From Mycolicibacterium smegmatis (lineage in GTDB: Bacteria > Actinomycetota > Actinomycetes > Mycobacteriales > Mycobacteriaceae), in assembly GCF_001457595.1 (NCBI RefSeq), contig NZ_LN831039.1, positions 4,980,001 to 5,012,000 of the forward strand: a DNA stretch of 32,000 nucleotides. Direction: 5' to 3'. The translations under genes were made by a program, and so were the position numbers. How positions within the stretch are numbered: the stretch's first letter is position 1; each line of letters begins with the position of its first letter. Under the pieces are notes generated by a model. It did not search any database. It saw only the letters and a list, made by a program, of their open reading frames with translations, and was not told the DNA's origin. This document shows, in pieces, positions 18,581-29,529 of the stretch.

Positions 18581-19192
18581 ATGAGCGGACCCGAGCGGCC
18601 CTGGTGGGTGAGGCCCGGTGGTGCACCGCCACCACCCGGCGCACCCCGGCCTGCCGCGCCTGGGCCCCGCCCAGGCCCACCACCCGGCCCGCCACCCGGT
18701 CCGCTCCGACCGCCCGCCGCACCGCCCCGCCACAGTGCACCTCCCCCGCGCGCGACCCGGCCGGCACCTCGCCCCAACCCGTACGCCCCGCTGCCGCGGC
18801 CCCGTGCCCAGGGCGGCCCGTCAGCTCCGTCGTCGGCACCGCCGCGCCGCAGGCACAAGGCTCCGGCGCGCTGGCAGGTCGTCGCCATGGCCGCGGCGGC
18901 CGTCGTCGTCATCGCCGCGGTGGCCGTGGGACTGTGGATGCGCGGTGAGGCCGGCGGCCCGCGCCTCGACGTGCGCCAGGCCGAGGCCGGCGTGGCCGAG
19001 ATCCTGTCCGATCCGGTGTACGGCTACGGCGCGAACGACGTTGCCGCGGTGGCGTGCAACAACGGCAAGAACCCCCGCGTCGAGGTCGGCTCGACGTTCA
19101 TGTGCGCGGTCGACATCAACGGCACCGTGCGGCAGGTGGTGGTCGAGTTCACCGACGACGACGGCACGTACGCCGTCGACGGCCCCCGCTGA
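18581..19192 (+). CDS. Pro-rich single-pass membrane protein with DUF4333-like extracytoplasmic domain
   Basis: MSGPERPWWVRPGGAPPPPGAPRPAAPGPRPGPPPGPPPG... then TM VVAMAAAAVVVIAAVAVGLWM, then GGPRLDVRQAEAGVAEILSDPVYGYGANDVAAVACNNGKNPRVEVGSTFMCAVDINGTVRQVVVEFTDDDGTYAV. Confidence 0.75.
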   Translation: MSGPERPWWVRPGGAPPPPGAPRPAAPGPRPGPPPGPPPGPLRPPAAPPRHSAPPPRATRPAPRPNPYAPLPRPRAQGGPSAPSSAPPRRRHKAPARWQVVAMAAAAVVVIAAVAVGLWMRGEAGGPRLDVRQAEAGVAEILSDPVYGYGANDVAAVACNNGKNPRVEVGSTFMCAVDINGTVRQVVVEFTDDDGTYAVDGPR

Positions 19193-19230
19193 GGGCCCGC
19201 GAAGTGAGCTGCGTCATATCGACGCGTGTC

Positions 19231-19278
19231 CAGTGATCACTGTCATGATCATTCGACGCGGTCGGTATTTAGACCGAC
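19231..19278. promoter_or_regulatory. Cluster of palindromes upstream of the FAAL gene
   Basis: CAGTGATCACTG (19231-19242), ATGATCAT (19245-19252), and GTCGGT-ATTTAG-ACCGAC (19261-19278). Confidence 0.55.
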
Positions 19279-19285
19279 TATTAGT

Positions 19286-21148
19286 GTGAATGCAATGGGT
19301 CGGGTTTCGTCGGGCAGCACTGTCGCCCATTCCTCCTCCATCGAGGACTACCTCCGCTCCGACGGCACCATCGTGGTGCCCGACGGCGTCACACTCACGT
19401 CTTTCCTCGACCGCAATCGCGCGATCTACGGGGACCGTCCGTCGTACCGGTTCATCGACTATTCGCACGATCCCGACGGTCAGGCCGTCGAGCTCAGCTG
19501 GAATGCCCTGTGGGCGCAGGTGTGCGCGGTCGGCGCGCGCCTGCAGCAGGTCACCCGGCCGCGCGACCGCGTCGCGATCCTGACCCCGCAGGGCGTGGAC
19601 TACGTCGCGGCGTTCTTCGCGGCGATCCACGCGGGCAATGTCGCGGTGCCGCTGTTCGCACCGAGTCTCGCGGGCCACACCGAGCGCCTCGCGGCCGTGC
19701 TGGCCGACGCAAGGCCCACCGTCGTGCTGACGACCACCGCGGCCTCGGAGTCGGTGCGCAAGTTCCTGCGCACGCTGCCCGCGGCCGAGCGGCCGCGCAT
19801 GATCGCCGTCGACGCGGTACCCACGACGCTGGCCGACATGTTCACCGCGCCCGAGGTCGACACCGACGACGTCGCCTACCTGCAGTACACGTCGGGTTCG
19901 ACGCGCACGCCGGCAGGCGTCGAGATCACGCATCGCAACGTGTGCACCAACGTGCTGCAGATGATCCTCGCCGGTGATCTGGAGATGGGCATCCGCAGCG
20001 TCAGCTGGCTGCCGCTCTACCACGACATGGGCCTGATCATGATCATGTTCCCGGCGTTGTGCGGCAACCACATCACGCTCATGGATCCCATGGCGTTCGT
20101 CCGGCGGCCCTACCGCTGGATCAAGCAGCTCGGCATCGAGGCCGCCTACGGGCGCACACTCGCGGCCGCACCGAATTTCGCCTACGAGCTGGCCGCCGAG
20201 CGCGGGCTCCCGCCGAGCGGCGACGCGCTGGATCTGAGCAACGTCGTGACGCTGCTCAACGGGTCCGAACCGGTGACCATGGCGGCGGTCGAGAAGTTCA
20301 CGACGGCGTTCGCGCCGTACGGACTGCCCGCGACCGCGGTCAAACCGTCCTACGGCATGGCCGAGGCGACGCTGTCGGTCGCGAGCATCGCGCCGTCGGC
20401 CGCGGCCAGCGTCATCCACTTCGACCGCGAGGAGCTGAGCGCGGGCCGCGCCGTGGCCGTCGCGCACGGCACCGACCGCGCCGTGCCGCACGTGTCGTGC
20501 GGTCAGCCGATCCCCAACCAGTGGGCCGTGATCGCCGACGCCGACGGCAACGAGGCACCTGACGGCGCGGTGGGCGAGATCTGGTTGCACGGCAACAACA
20601 TCGGGCAGGGCTACTTCGGCCGTGCCGACGAGACCGAGCGCGTGTTCGGCAACAAGCTGCAGACGCGCCTGGACGCGGGCAGCCACGCCGACGGCGCACC
20701 CGACAACGGCGCGTGGCTCGCGACAGGCGATCTCGGTGTCTACGTCGACGGTGAGCTGTACCTGACCGGACGGATCAAGGACCTCATCGTCATCGACGGC
20801 CGCAACCACTACCCCACCGACATCGAGACCACGGTGAGCCTGTCGTCACCGGCCGTGCGGTCCGGTTACGTCGCGGCGTTCTCGATCCCCGGCGAGCGCG
20901 GCGAGGAGCTGGCGATCGTCGCCGAGCGCGCGGCGGGTGCGGGCCGCGCCGAACCCGGCCCGATCGTCGACGCCGTGCGCGCCGCGGTGTCGCGTCAGCA
21001 TCAGGTGCGGGTGGCCGATGTGCGGATGGTCGCCGCGGGCGTCATCCCTCGCACGACGAGCGGCAAGCTCGCGCGCAGCGCGTGCCGCGCGGAATATCTG
21101 GCGGGCAAGTACGACCCGGTCGCGAAAACTGCGCCGCAACCGGCGTGA
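19286..21148 (+). CDS. Long-chain fatty-acid--AMP ligase (FAAL-type FadD)
   Basis: VTLTSFLDRNRAIYGDRPSYRFIDY...TRPRDRVAILTPQGVDYVAAFFAAIHAGNVAVPLFAP...YLQYTSGSTRTPAGVEITHRNV...SWLPLYHDMGLI...PSYGMAEATL...WLATGDLGVYVDGELYLTGRIKDLIVIDGRNHYPTDIE. Start is GTG 19286 or ATG 19295. Confidence 0.93.
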   Translation: MNAMGRVSSGSTVAHSSSIEDYLRSDGTIVVPDGVTLTSFLDRNRAIYGDRPSYRFIDYSHDPDGQAVELSWNALWAQVCAVGARLQQVTRPRDRVAILTPQGVDYVAAFFAAIHAGNVAVPLFAPSLAGHTERLAAVLADARPTVVLTTTAASESVRKFLRTLPAAERPRMIAVDAVPTTLADMFTAPEVDTDDVAYLQYTSGSTRTPAGVEITHRNVCTNVLQMILAGDLEMGIRSVSWLPLYHDMGLIMIMFPALCGNHITLMDPMAFVRRPYRWIKQLGIEAAYGRTLAAAPNFAYELAAERGLPPSGDALDLSNVVTLLNGSEPVTMAAVEKFTTAFAPYGLPATAVKPSYGMAEATLSVASIAPSAAASVIHFDREELSAGRAVAVAHGTDRAVPHVSCGQPIPNQWAVIADADGNEAPDGAVGEIWLHGNNIGQGYFGRADETERVFGNKLQTRLDAGSHADGAPDNGAWLATGDLGVYVDGELYLTGRIKDLIVIDGRNHYPTDIETTVSLSSPAVRSGYVAAFSIPGERGEELAIVAERAAGAGRAEPGPIVDAVRAAVSRQHQVRVADVRMVAAGVIPRTTSGKLARSACRAEYLAGKYDPVAKTAPQPA

Positions 21149-21151
21149 TGG

Positions 21152-21235
21152 TGCGGGCGGTGGGACTCGAACCCACACGTTCTCTCGAACACGGGCACCT
21201 AAAACCCGCGCGTATACCGATTTCGCCACGCCCGC
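21152..21235 (-). tRNA. tRNA-Leu, anticodon UAG (84 nt without CCA)
   Basis: Minus strand GCGGGCGTGGCGAAATCGGTATACGCGCGGGTTTTAGGTGCCCGTGTTCGAGAGAACGTGTGGGTTCGAGTCCCACCGCCCGCA. It has a 7 bp acceptor stem, long class II variable arm, T-arm GTTCGAGTC and anticodon TAG. Confidence 0.95.
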
Positions 21236-21331
21236 AGCGTGCCGATCGTACCGCCTCGTGCCGACCACTCGTGGTCACCGCCCGGCTTGACACCTTGGTC
21301 AGGCCGAATGACCTCGCGGTACCGTGGAACC

Positions 21332-21706
21332 ATGTCCACTACACGGCGTAGGAGACCGGCGCTCATCCTGCTGGTGTTCGTCGCCGCTGCCGGCTGCATG
21401 GCATTGGCGTGGTGGCAGTGGACGCGATTCGAGTCGAACTCCGGCACCTTCCAGAACCTGGGCTACGCGTTGCAGTGGCCCATGTTCTCCGGGTTCTGCT
21501 TCTACGCGTACTACAAGTTCGTGCGCTACGAAGAAGCTCCTCCCGAGCGCCCCAAGGACACGGTGACCGAGATCCCCGAGGGTCTGCTGCCCGAACGGCC
21601 GAGGCACGTGGCCAGGGAGCGCACGGCCGACGACGACGATCCGGCACTCGCGGAGTACAACGCCTACCTCGCCGAACTGGCAAAGAAGAAAGAGCAGGAC
21701 CGATAG
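21332..21706 (+). CDS. Conserved mycobacterial membrane protein (LprD/Rv1343c-like position)
   Basis: MSTTRRRRPALILLVFVAAAGCMALAWWQWTRFESNSGTFQNLGYALQWPMFSGFCFYAYYKFVRYEEAPPE. Orthology is inferred from synteny. Confidence 0.85.
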   Translation: MSTTRRRRPALILLVFVAAAGCMALAWWQWTRFESNSGTFQNLGYALQWPMFSGFCFYAYYKFVRYEEAPPERPKDTVTEIPEGLLPERPRHVARERTADDDDPALAEYNAYLAELAKKKEQDR

Positions 21707-22051
21707 ATGACCGAACCGGCAGCCGAGGTCAGCACCCCCAGGGAGACCATCCGCAAGGCGCTCGTGGGCTACCGTATCTTCGCGTGGGCGACCGGCCTGT
21801 GGCTGATCGCGCTGTGCTACGAGATGGTGCTCAAGTACATCGTCCAGGTCGACAACCCGCCGGGCTGGATCGGCATCGTGCACGGCTGGGTGTACTTCAT
21901 CTACCTGATGTTCACGGCCAACCTGGCGGTCAAGATCCGCTGGCCCATCGGCAAGACCATCGGCGTGCTGCTGGCAGGCACCATCCCGTTCCTCGGCATC
22001 ATCGTCGAGCACTTCAACACCCGCGACGTCAAGAAGCGCTTCGAGCTCTAA
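21707..22051 (+). CDS. DUF3817 membrane protein (Rv1342c-like)
   Basis: IRKALVGYRIFAWATGLWLIALCYEMVLKYIVQVDNPPGWIGIVHGWVYFIYLMFTANLAVKIRWP. Confidence 0.9.
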   Translation: MTEPAAEVSTPRETIRKALVGYRIFAWATGLWLIALCYEMVLKYIVQVDNPPGWIGIVHGWVYFIYLMFTANLAVKIRWPIGKTIGVLLAGTIPFLGIIVEHFNTRDVKKRFEL

Positions 22052-22650
22052 CCCTCCAACGCGCGCAGCGCGGGCACCAGGAGCGTCAACGCGCGGCCGC
22101 GGTGTGAGGACGCGTCCTTCTCGGCCGGGGTGAGCTCGGCGGCCGTGCGCTCCGACCCCTCGGGCAGGAACACCGGGTCGTAGCCGAACCCGCCGTCGCC
22201 GCGGGGTTCACGCGTGACCGTGCCGGGCCACTCGCCGCGCACCACAGTCGATCCCGAGGCCGACACCAACGCGCACGCCGACACGAACGCCGCGCCGCGG
22301 CGCTCGTCGGGCACATCGGCCAGTTGCGCGAGCAGCAGTTCGGTGTTGGCGGCGTCGTTGCCGTGCGTGCCGGACCAGCGTGCCGACAGCACTCCCGGCA
22401 TGCCGTTGAGCGCCGCGACGGTGATCCCCGAGTCGTCGGCCACGCACGCCAGCCCGGTCGCCTCGAACCCGTCGCGGGCCTTGGCCAACGCGTTCTCCTC
22501 GAAAGTCGCACCGGTCTCGGGTGATTCGTCGTACGGGGCGACGTCGTCGAGGGACAACAGCCGCAGACCCGATATGCCCGCCGCGTCGAGCACACGCCTC
22601 AGTTCGGCCAGCTTCTTCTTGTTGCGGCTGGCCACGAGCAGTTCAGTCAC
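22048..22650 (-). CDS. rdgB: RdgB/HAM1 family XTP/dITP (non-canonical purine NTP) pyrophosphatase
   Basis: MTELLVASRNKKKLAELRRVLDAAGISGLRLLSLDDV...FEENALAKARDGFEATGLACVADDSGITVAALNGMPGVLSARWSG...GFGYDPVFLPEG. Confidence 0.97.
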   Translation of the reverse strand: MTELLVASRNKKKLAELRRVLDAAGISGLRLLSLDDVAPYDESPETGATFEENALAKARDGFEATGLACVADDSGITVAALNGMPGVLSARWSGTHGNDAANTELLLAQLADVPDERRGAAFVSACALVSASGSTVVRGEWPGTVTREPRGDGGFGYDPVFLPEGSERTAAELTPAEKDASSHRGRALTLLVPALRALEG

Positions 22651-22656
22651 CGAAAG

Positions 22657-23436
22657 TCAGCTTCCGAACGCCTTTTTCGGGGCCGGCCCCTCGGGAAGCA
22701 CACCCGGGTACGGCGCGTCGAGCGCCTCACGCTGCAGCACGAACAACTGCTCGGTGGCCCCGAGCGCGGCGTCGAGCATCTTGTCGAGCGTCGAGCGCGG
22801 GAACGTGGCCCCTTCGCCGGTGCCCTGGATCTCGACGAGCGTTCCCGTGTCGGTGGCGACGACGTTCATGTCGACCTCGGCACGCGAATCCTCGGAGTAG
22901 GGCAGGTCGACCCGCACGCGTCCGTCGACCACGCCGACCGACACGGCGGCGATCGCGCACGAAAGCGGCCGCGGATCCGACAGCCGGCCCGCCGCGGCGA
23001 GCCACGTCACCGCGTCGGACAGCGCCACGTAGGCGCCCGTGATGGCCGCGGTGCGCGTGCCGCCGTCGGCCTGCAGCACATCGCAGTCGATCGCGATGGT
23101 GTTCTCGCCCAGCGCCGCGAGGTCGATGCACGCGCGCAGCGACCGGCCGATCAGCCGGCTGATCTCCTGCGTGCGGCCGCCGATGCGGCCCTTGACCGAC
23201 TCACGGTCCGAGCGGTCGTGCGTGGCGGCGGGCAGCATCGCGTACTCCGCGGTGAGCCAGCCCTGCCCGGAGCCCTTGCGCCAGCGCGGCACCCCCTCGG
23301 TCACCGATGCCGTACACATGACCCGGGTCTGGCCGAACTCCACGAGCACCGAACCCGCCGGATGCGAGGTGAAGCCGCGGGTGATCACCACTGGACGCAG
23401 CTCGTCGTCAAGCCGCCCGTCTTCTCGTCTGGACAC
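22657..23436 (-). CDS. rph: Ribonuclease PH
   Basis: [45 protein letters not shown]...[19 protein letters not shown]...[19 protein letters not shown]. Confidence 0.98.
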   Translation of the reverse strand: MSRREDGRLDDELRPVVITRGFTSHPAGSVLVEFGQTRVMCTASVTEGVPRWRKGSGQGWLTAEYAMLPAATHDRSDRESVKGRIGGRTQEISRLIGRSLRACIDLAALGENTIAIDCDVLQADGGTRTAAITGAYVALSDAVTWLAAAGRLSDPRPLSCAIAAVSVGVVDGRVRVDLPYSEDSRAEVDMNVVATDTGTLVEIQGTGEGATFPRSTLDKMLDAALGATEQLFVLQREALDAPYPGVLPEGPAPKKAFGS

Positions 23437-23470
23437 GTGCCAACCCTATCCGGTGGCACCGACGCGCAGG

Positions 23471-24238
23471 TCAGCCGCGGGTGATGTCGAACGCCTCGCC
23501 GCACACCACCGCGTGCACGGGGCCGTCGAACTCGGCCTTCGCCTCGCTGATGACGTCCTCACGCGAGGTCCACGGCGGGATGTGGGTCAGCAGCAACTCA
23601 CCGACACCGGCCTCGGCCGCGGCCCGGCCCGCCTCGGTGCCCGAAAGGTGCAGGCGCGGCGGGCGGGACGGATCGTGCGTCCACGACGCCTCGCACAGGA
23701 AGATGTCGGCGCCGCGCGCCAGTTCGACGAGTGCGTCGCAGTAGCCGGTGTCGCCGCTGTAGACCAGTGTGGCGCCCGAGGGATCGGTGAACCGCATGCC
23801 GTAGGACTCGGTGGGGTGGCACACCAGCCGCGGCGTGACGTCGAGCGCGCCGAGCGTGACCGACTGGCCGTCCACCCAGTTGCGCACCTCGAAGATGTCG
23901 GAGAAGTCGTCGACCTCGCCGCCCTCGGGTGAGGACGCCATGCCCAGCCGGGTCCACGTCTGGGCCGGGCCGTACAGCACACCGCGCGTGGTGGCGGGCA
24001 TCGGATGGTAACGGCGCCACACGAACAGCCCGGGCAGATCGAGGCAGTGGTCGGCGTGCAGATGCGACAGCAGGACGTTGACCGTGTTGGGGTCGGCATA
24101 GCGCTGCAACGCACCGAGCACTCCGCCGCCGAAGTCGATGACCATCGGGACCGTGTCCGGTGCGGTGACGAGGTAGCCCGAGGCCGGCGAATCCGGGCCG
24201 ACAACGCTGCCGGAGCAACCCAGGATGGTCAAACGCAC
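23471..24238 (-). CDS. Metallo-beta-lactamase-fold phosphodiesterase-like protein (Rv1339-like)
   Basis: MRLTILGCSGSVVGPDSPASGYLV...NVLLSHLHADHCLDLPGLF (HxHxDH)...LVYSGDTGYCDALVELA...HIPPWTSRED. The neighbours rph and murI match the Rv1338-Rv1340 order. Confidence 0.93.
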   Translation of the reverse strand: MRLTILGCSGSVVGPDSPASGYLVTAPDTVPMVIDFGGGVLGALQRYADPNTVNVLLSHLHADHCLDLPGLFVWRRYHPMPATTRGVLYGPAQTWTRLGMASSPEGGEVDDFSDIFEVRNWVDGQSVTLGALDVTPRLVCHPTESYGMRFTDPSGATLVYSGDTGYCDALVELARGADIFLCEASWTHDPSRPPRLHLSGTEAGRAAAEAGVGELLLTHIPPWTSREDVISEAKAEFDGPVHAVVCGEAFDITRG

Positions 24239-24300
24239 ACTGCTAGCTTGCCATGCCCGCTACCCCTGGTGCCAAGACATGCCCGGTTTGGCGACACAGA

Positions 24301-25134
24301 TCATCTTCCGGCGCCGGCGTGACGTCGGACCGGACGCACACCGTCCAACGTCGGGCCCAGGAAACGCGCGGCCAGGGCCGTGAAGGCCTCGGGATCGCCG
24401 GTCGCCTCGAAGCGCCGCACGGCGGTCACCGACGGGTCGTCCGGATGCGGTCGCAGCAAATCCAATTCGGTCAGCACCCGCAGCAGGTCCTTGGCGGTTT
24501 CCTCGGCCGACGACACGAGCGTGACGTTGTCGCCCATCGCGAGCTGGATCAGCCCCGACAGCATCGGGTAGTGGGTGCAGCCGAGCACCAGCGTGTCGAC
24601 CTCGGCGAGTTGCAGGGGTTCCAGGTAGCCCTCGGCGAGGCCGAGCACCTGGCGGCCGCTGGTGACGCCGCGCTCGACGAAGTCGACGAACCGCGGGCAC
24701 GCCACCGTGAACACCTCGGTGTCGCGGGCCGCGGCGAACGCGTCCTGGTAGGCGCCCGAGGCGATCGTCGCCTGGGTGCCGATCACCCCGATGCGCCCGT
24801 TGCGGGTGGCCGCGACCGCGCGGCGCACCGCGGGCAGGATCACCTCGACGACGGGCACCGGCGAGTAGCGCTCCCTGGCGTCGCGCAGGCACGCCGACGA
24901 CGCGGTGTTGCATGCGATCACCAGTGCCTTGACGCCGCGCGACACGAGGTCGTCGCCGATCGCCAGGGAGTGCGCGCGGATCTGCGGGATGGTCAGCGGC
25001 CCGTACGGCCCGTTGCCGGTGTCGCCGACGTAGACGATGTCCTCGTCGGGCAGTTGGTCGATGATGGCGCGCGCCACCGTGAGGCCGCCGACACCGGAAT
25101 CGAAGATCCCGATCGGCGCGAGTCGATCGCTCAT
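24301..25134 (-). CDS. murI: Glutamate racemase
   Basis: [46 protein letters not shown]...[15 protein letters not shown]...[10 protein letters not shown]. Confidence 0.98.
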
Positions 25135-25790
25135 GAGGTCAGATATGGCCGGCTCCGTTTACGTGAATCCCGTGCCTTGCGTTCGGGTCCGGCCAGTACG
25201 TACGCGGCGACGACGCCCGCGATCGCGCCGCACAGATGTCCCTGCCACGACACCCCGCCGCACCCGTTGAGCACCGGCACGGCGCCCCACAGGATGCCGC
25301 CGTACACCAGCAGCACGAGGATGCCGACGACGATCTGCCAGGCGTTGCGCGTGAACCAGCCGAACACCAGCAGGAACGTGAGCCAGCCGAAGATCAGCCC
25401 CGACGCGCCGATGTGGTTGGTGGGCAACGGGCAACCGCCGACGTCGCCGATCAGCCACGTGCCGATGCCGCCAAGGATCCAGATGATCGCGGTGGCCCAC
25501 ACGAACCGCGCCAGCCCGGCCAGCGTCACCAAGAAGCCCAGCACCAGCGCGGGCACGGTGTTGGCCATCAGGTGTTCCCAGTTGGCGTGCAACAGCGGCG
25601 CGAACAGCACACCCCACAGCCCGTCGGTCTCCAGTGGCCGGATGCCGTTGCGGTCCAGGCGCCCGCCGGACAATTGATCGGCGAGTTCGACGACGTAGAG
25701 CAGTGCGACGAAGGTCAGGATCGTGATGCCGCCGGTCTTCCACGCCGGCGACTTGTTCTTCTTCGGTGCGGGGCCGGTGGGCAGGGTCAT
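25131..25790 (-). CDS. Rhomboid family intramembrane serine protease
   Basis: [38 protein letters not shown]...[20 protein letters not shown]...[18 protein letters not shown] (GxSG)...[17 protein letters not shown]. Confidence 0.95.
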
Positions 25791-25827
25791 GCCGGTTCCA
25801 CGACCACGTGCGAAACCAGGTGCCCGA

Positions 25828-27088
<1,261 letters not shown>

Positions 27089-27097
27089 GATTGCTCC

Positions 27098-27514
27098 TTA
27101 GCTGTACTGCTCAACGATATCGACGGGTTCCTCGGTCACGACGCCGTCGACGATGCGGTAGCTGCGGAACTCGTGCTCGTCGGGGTCGCGGGTGGAGATC
27201 AGGACGTAGTGCGCGTCGGGCTCGGCGGCGATCGCCACGTCGGTGCGGCTTGGGTAGGCCTCGGTGCCGGTGTGCGAGTGGTAGATGACGACGGGCACCT
27301 CGTCGTTGTCGTCCATCTCGCGCCACACCCGCAGCTGCTCCATGGAGTCGAACCGGTAGAAGGTCGGCGAACGCTCGGCGTTGGTCATCGCGATGAACCG
27401 CTCGGGCCGGTCGGACCCCTCGGGCCCGGCGATGACCCCGCACGCCTCGTCGGGGTGGTCGGCACGTGCGTGCGCCACCATGGCGTCGACCAGGTCGCGA
27501 CGTATCACCAACAC
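27098..27514 (-). CDS. mec: Mec(+)/JAMM-type Zn-dependent CysO-cysteine peptidase
   Basis: MLVIRRDLVDAMVAHARADHPDEACGVIAG...VPVVIYHSHTGTEAYPSRTDVAIAA (JAMM HxHxxx...SxxD motif). Confidence 0.96.
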   Translation of the reverse strand: MLVIRRDLVDAMVAHARADHPDEACGVIAGPEGSDRPERFIAMTNAERSPTFYRFDSMEQLRVWREMDDNDEVPVVIYHSHTGTEAYPSRTDVAIAAEPDAHYVLISTRDPDEHEFRSYRIVDGVVTEEPVDIVEQYS

Positions 27515-27549
27515 TGCCTACTCACCCTTCCTCACGGTCACGCCGACCG

Positions 27550-28569
27550 TCACTCGAACGCTCCCGGCAACATGTCACGGTAGGTCGGTATTCCGGCCAC
27601 CGATTCGGCGGCCAGCACCCCGACCAGCACCGCGCGGGCCAGACAGTCCGCGGCGGCCGCCCCGACCTGCGTCACCAGCCTGGTCTCCGGCGACATCGCC
27701 GTCGGCGTCTTCGGGTCGGGCGGCACCGCCACCCGGCCGGTCGCCAGCGCGAACACCGTATCGCCATCGAGCGGGGTGTGACACGGCCGGAGGGTGCGCG
27801 CGAGACCGTCGTGCGACGCGACCGCGACGCGTTTGCACGCGGCCGGGCTCAGTTCGGCGTCGGTCGCGACGACCGCGATGGTGGTGTTGAGCGGGCTGAG
27901 TTCGGTGCGCAGATCGGCGTAGCCGGTCAGCCGGTCGGCCGGCGGCGGGATCAGGCCGAACTCCTCGACGTACTCGGCCATCCACGGCAGGCCCGTGGCC
28001 GGGTCGACCGCGTCGCCAGCGGCGTTGACCACCACCACCGCGCCCACGGTGACGCCGTTCTCCAACGTCATCGACGCGGTTCCGACACCGCCCTTGAGCA
28101 CCCCGACACGCGCGCCGACGCCCGCGCCGACGGTGCCGAGCGCGAACTCGGTGCCCGCCGAGGCGGCGGCCTCGTAACCGAACTGGGCGGTCGGGCGGGC
28201 ACCCCACGCGCCGACCGGCAGGTCGAAGATCACCGCGGCGGGCACGATGGGCACCACGCCGCCCTCCATCGCCACGCCGCGGCCCTGCTCCTCCAGCCAG
28301 GTCATGACGCCGTCGGCCGCGGCCAGGCCGTAGGCGCTGCCGCCGGTGAGGACCACCGCGTCGACGTGGCGGACGGTGTTGCACGGGTCGAGCAGGTCGG
28401 TCTCGCGGGTGCCGGGCGCCCCGCCACGGCCGTCGACGGCGCCGACGGTGCCCGGCGGTGTGAGCACCACGGTGGTTCCCGAGGCCCACCCCGAGCCGAG
28501 GACTGCATCCGGGTCGAGACGGTGATGGTGGCCGACCAGGATCCCCGCGACGTCGGTGATCGAGCCCAT
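27550..28569 (-). CDS. P1 (DmpA/L-aminopeptidase) family protein
   Basis: MGSITDVAGILVGHHHRLDPDAVLGSGWASGTTVVLTPPGTVGAVDGRGGAPGTRETDLLDPCNTVRHVDAVVLTGGSAYGLAAADGVMTWLEEQGRG...GTVGAGVGARVGVLKGGVGTAS. Confidence 0.94.
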   Translation of the reverse strand: MGSITDVAGILVGHHHRLDPDAVLGSGWASGTTVVLTPPGTVGAVDGRGGAPGTRETDLLDPCNTVRHVDAVVLTGGSAYGLAAADGVMTWLEEQGRGVAMEGGVVPIVPAAVIFDLPVGAWGARPTAQFGYEAAASAGTEFALGTVGAGVGARVGVLKGGVGTASMTLENGVTVGAVVVVNAAGDAVDPATGLPWMAEYVEEFGLIPPPADRLTGYADLRTELSPLNTTIAVVATDAELSPAACKRVAVASHDGLARTLRPCHTPLDGDTVFALATGRVAVPPDPKTPTAMSPETRLVTQVGAAAADCLARAVLVGVLAAESVAGIPTYRDMLPGAFE

Positions 28570-28575
28570 GAGTCC

Positions 28576-29154
28576 CTACTTCCCCACCAGTTCGAGCACC
28601 AGGTACTCCTGCAGCACCGTCAGCCACTGGTAGACGTCGAGGTGACCGGCCATCGGGTGCTCGGGAGGCAGCCGGTCGGGCCCGTCGGGGCCGATCTCCA
28701 GCAGCGTGCCGAGCGCCAGCCGCACGTCGTTGACCGCGGCCGCCCACGCGTGCGCATCGTCCTCGGTGAGCTCGAACTTGCCGCCGCCGTCGGGCATGGT
28801 GTCCAACAAACGTTGCGCTGCTTGACGTTTGGCGTCGATGATCTGGGGCTCGTGCAGACCGCGCAGCGCGCTGTTGAGGCTCTCCGCGGTGCCCGATCCG
28901 GCCGGGTGATCGGTCTGCGGCCGGAAGAAATCCGGCAGCAGACGCTTCATGGTGGCATCCTCGGGCGGCCGGGAATGCCCGGTCTTGATGCCGGTTATCG
29001 CTTCGAGTTCGTCTGCGGGAGCTGACGATTCGCGTTCGTCGAGCATTCCGAGCATCGAACCGACCAGGCTGGACAGCAACGCGGCCTCGTGCCCCTCGAG
29101 AGCCGACCGGAACCGCGGCCCGTCAGCGGCCTCGACCCGCTTCCACTTGCGCAC
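28576..29154 (-). CDS. DUF2017 family protein (Rv1332-like)
   Basis: MRKWKRVEAADGPRFRSALEGHEAALLSSLVGSMLGMLDERE...LTEDDAHAWAAAVNDVRLALGTLLEI; located directly downstream of clpS. Confidence 0.88.
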   Translation of the reverse strand: MRKWKRVEAADGPRFRSALEGHEAALLSSLVGSMLGMLDERESSAPADELEAITGIKTGHSRPPEDATMKRLLPDFFRPQTDHPAGSGTAESLNSALRGLHEPQIIDAKRQAAQRLLDTMPDGGGKFELTEDDAHAWAAAVNDVRLALGTLLEIGPDGPDRLPPEHPMAGHLDVYQWLTVLQEYLVLELVGK

Positions 29155-29160
29155 CGTCGA

Positions 29161-29463
29161 TCAGCGGTCCTGTTGCATGGTGGCCCACAGCCCCGCGGCG
29201 TGCAGTTTGGACACGTCGACCTCCATCGACTCACGGCTGCCGGCCGACACCACGGCCTTGCCCTCGTTGTGCACCTGAAGCATGAGCTTCGTGGCATGCG
29301 GTTCGCTGTACCCGAACAGCTTCTGGAATACGTAGGTGACGTAGCTCATCAGGTTGACCGGATCGTCCCAGACGATGGTCACCCACGGAGCTTCGGTGGA
29401 CTCGACCGAGGCGACATCGACTTCTTCTCGGGTTCCCGGTCGCGCCTTCGCCGGTGTAACCAT
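29161..29463 (-). CDS. clpS: ATP-dependent Clp protease adaptor ClpS
   Basis: [74 protein letters not shown]. Confidence 0.97.
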   Translation of the reverse strand: MVTPAKARPGTREEVDVASVESTEAPWVTIVWDDPVNLMSYVTYVFQKLFGYSEPHATKLMLQVHNEGKAVVSAGSRESMEVDVSKLHAAGLWATMQQDR

Positions 29464-29529
29464 GTCGCCACAATACCCATCGGGGTGCGGTGATCTTCAA
29501 CGCGCCGTCGTTGCTCTACGGTTGCAGAT

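Noticed and set aside
19214-20809. 531 aa minus-strand ORF
   Set aside because: Antisense shadow of the FAAL gene.
20937-21290. 117 aa plus-strand ORF ending GGTRTHTFSRTRAPKTRAYTDFATP
   Set aside because: A typical false ORF produced by reading antisense through the tRNA-Leu gene.
27466-29025. 519 aa plus-strand ORF
   Set aside because: Antisense to the P1 peptidase and DUF2017 genes, with no domain signatures.
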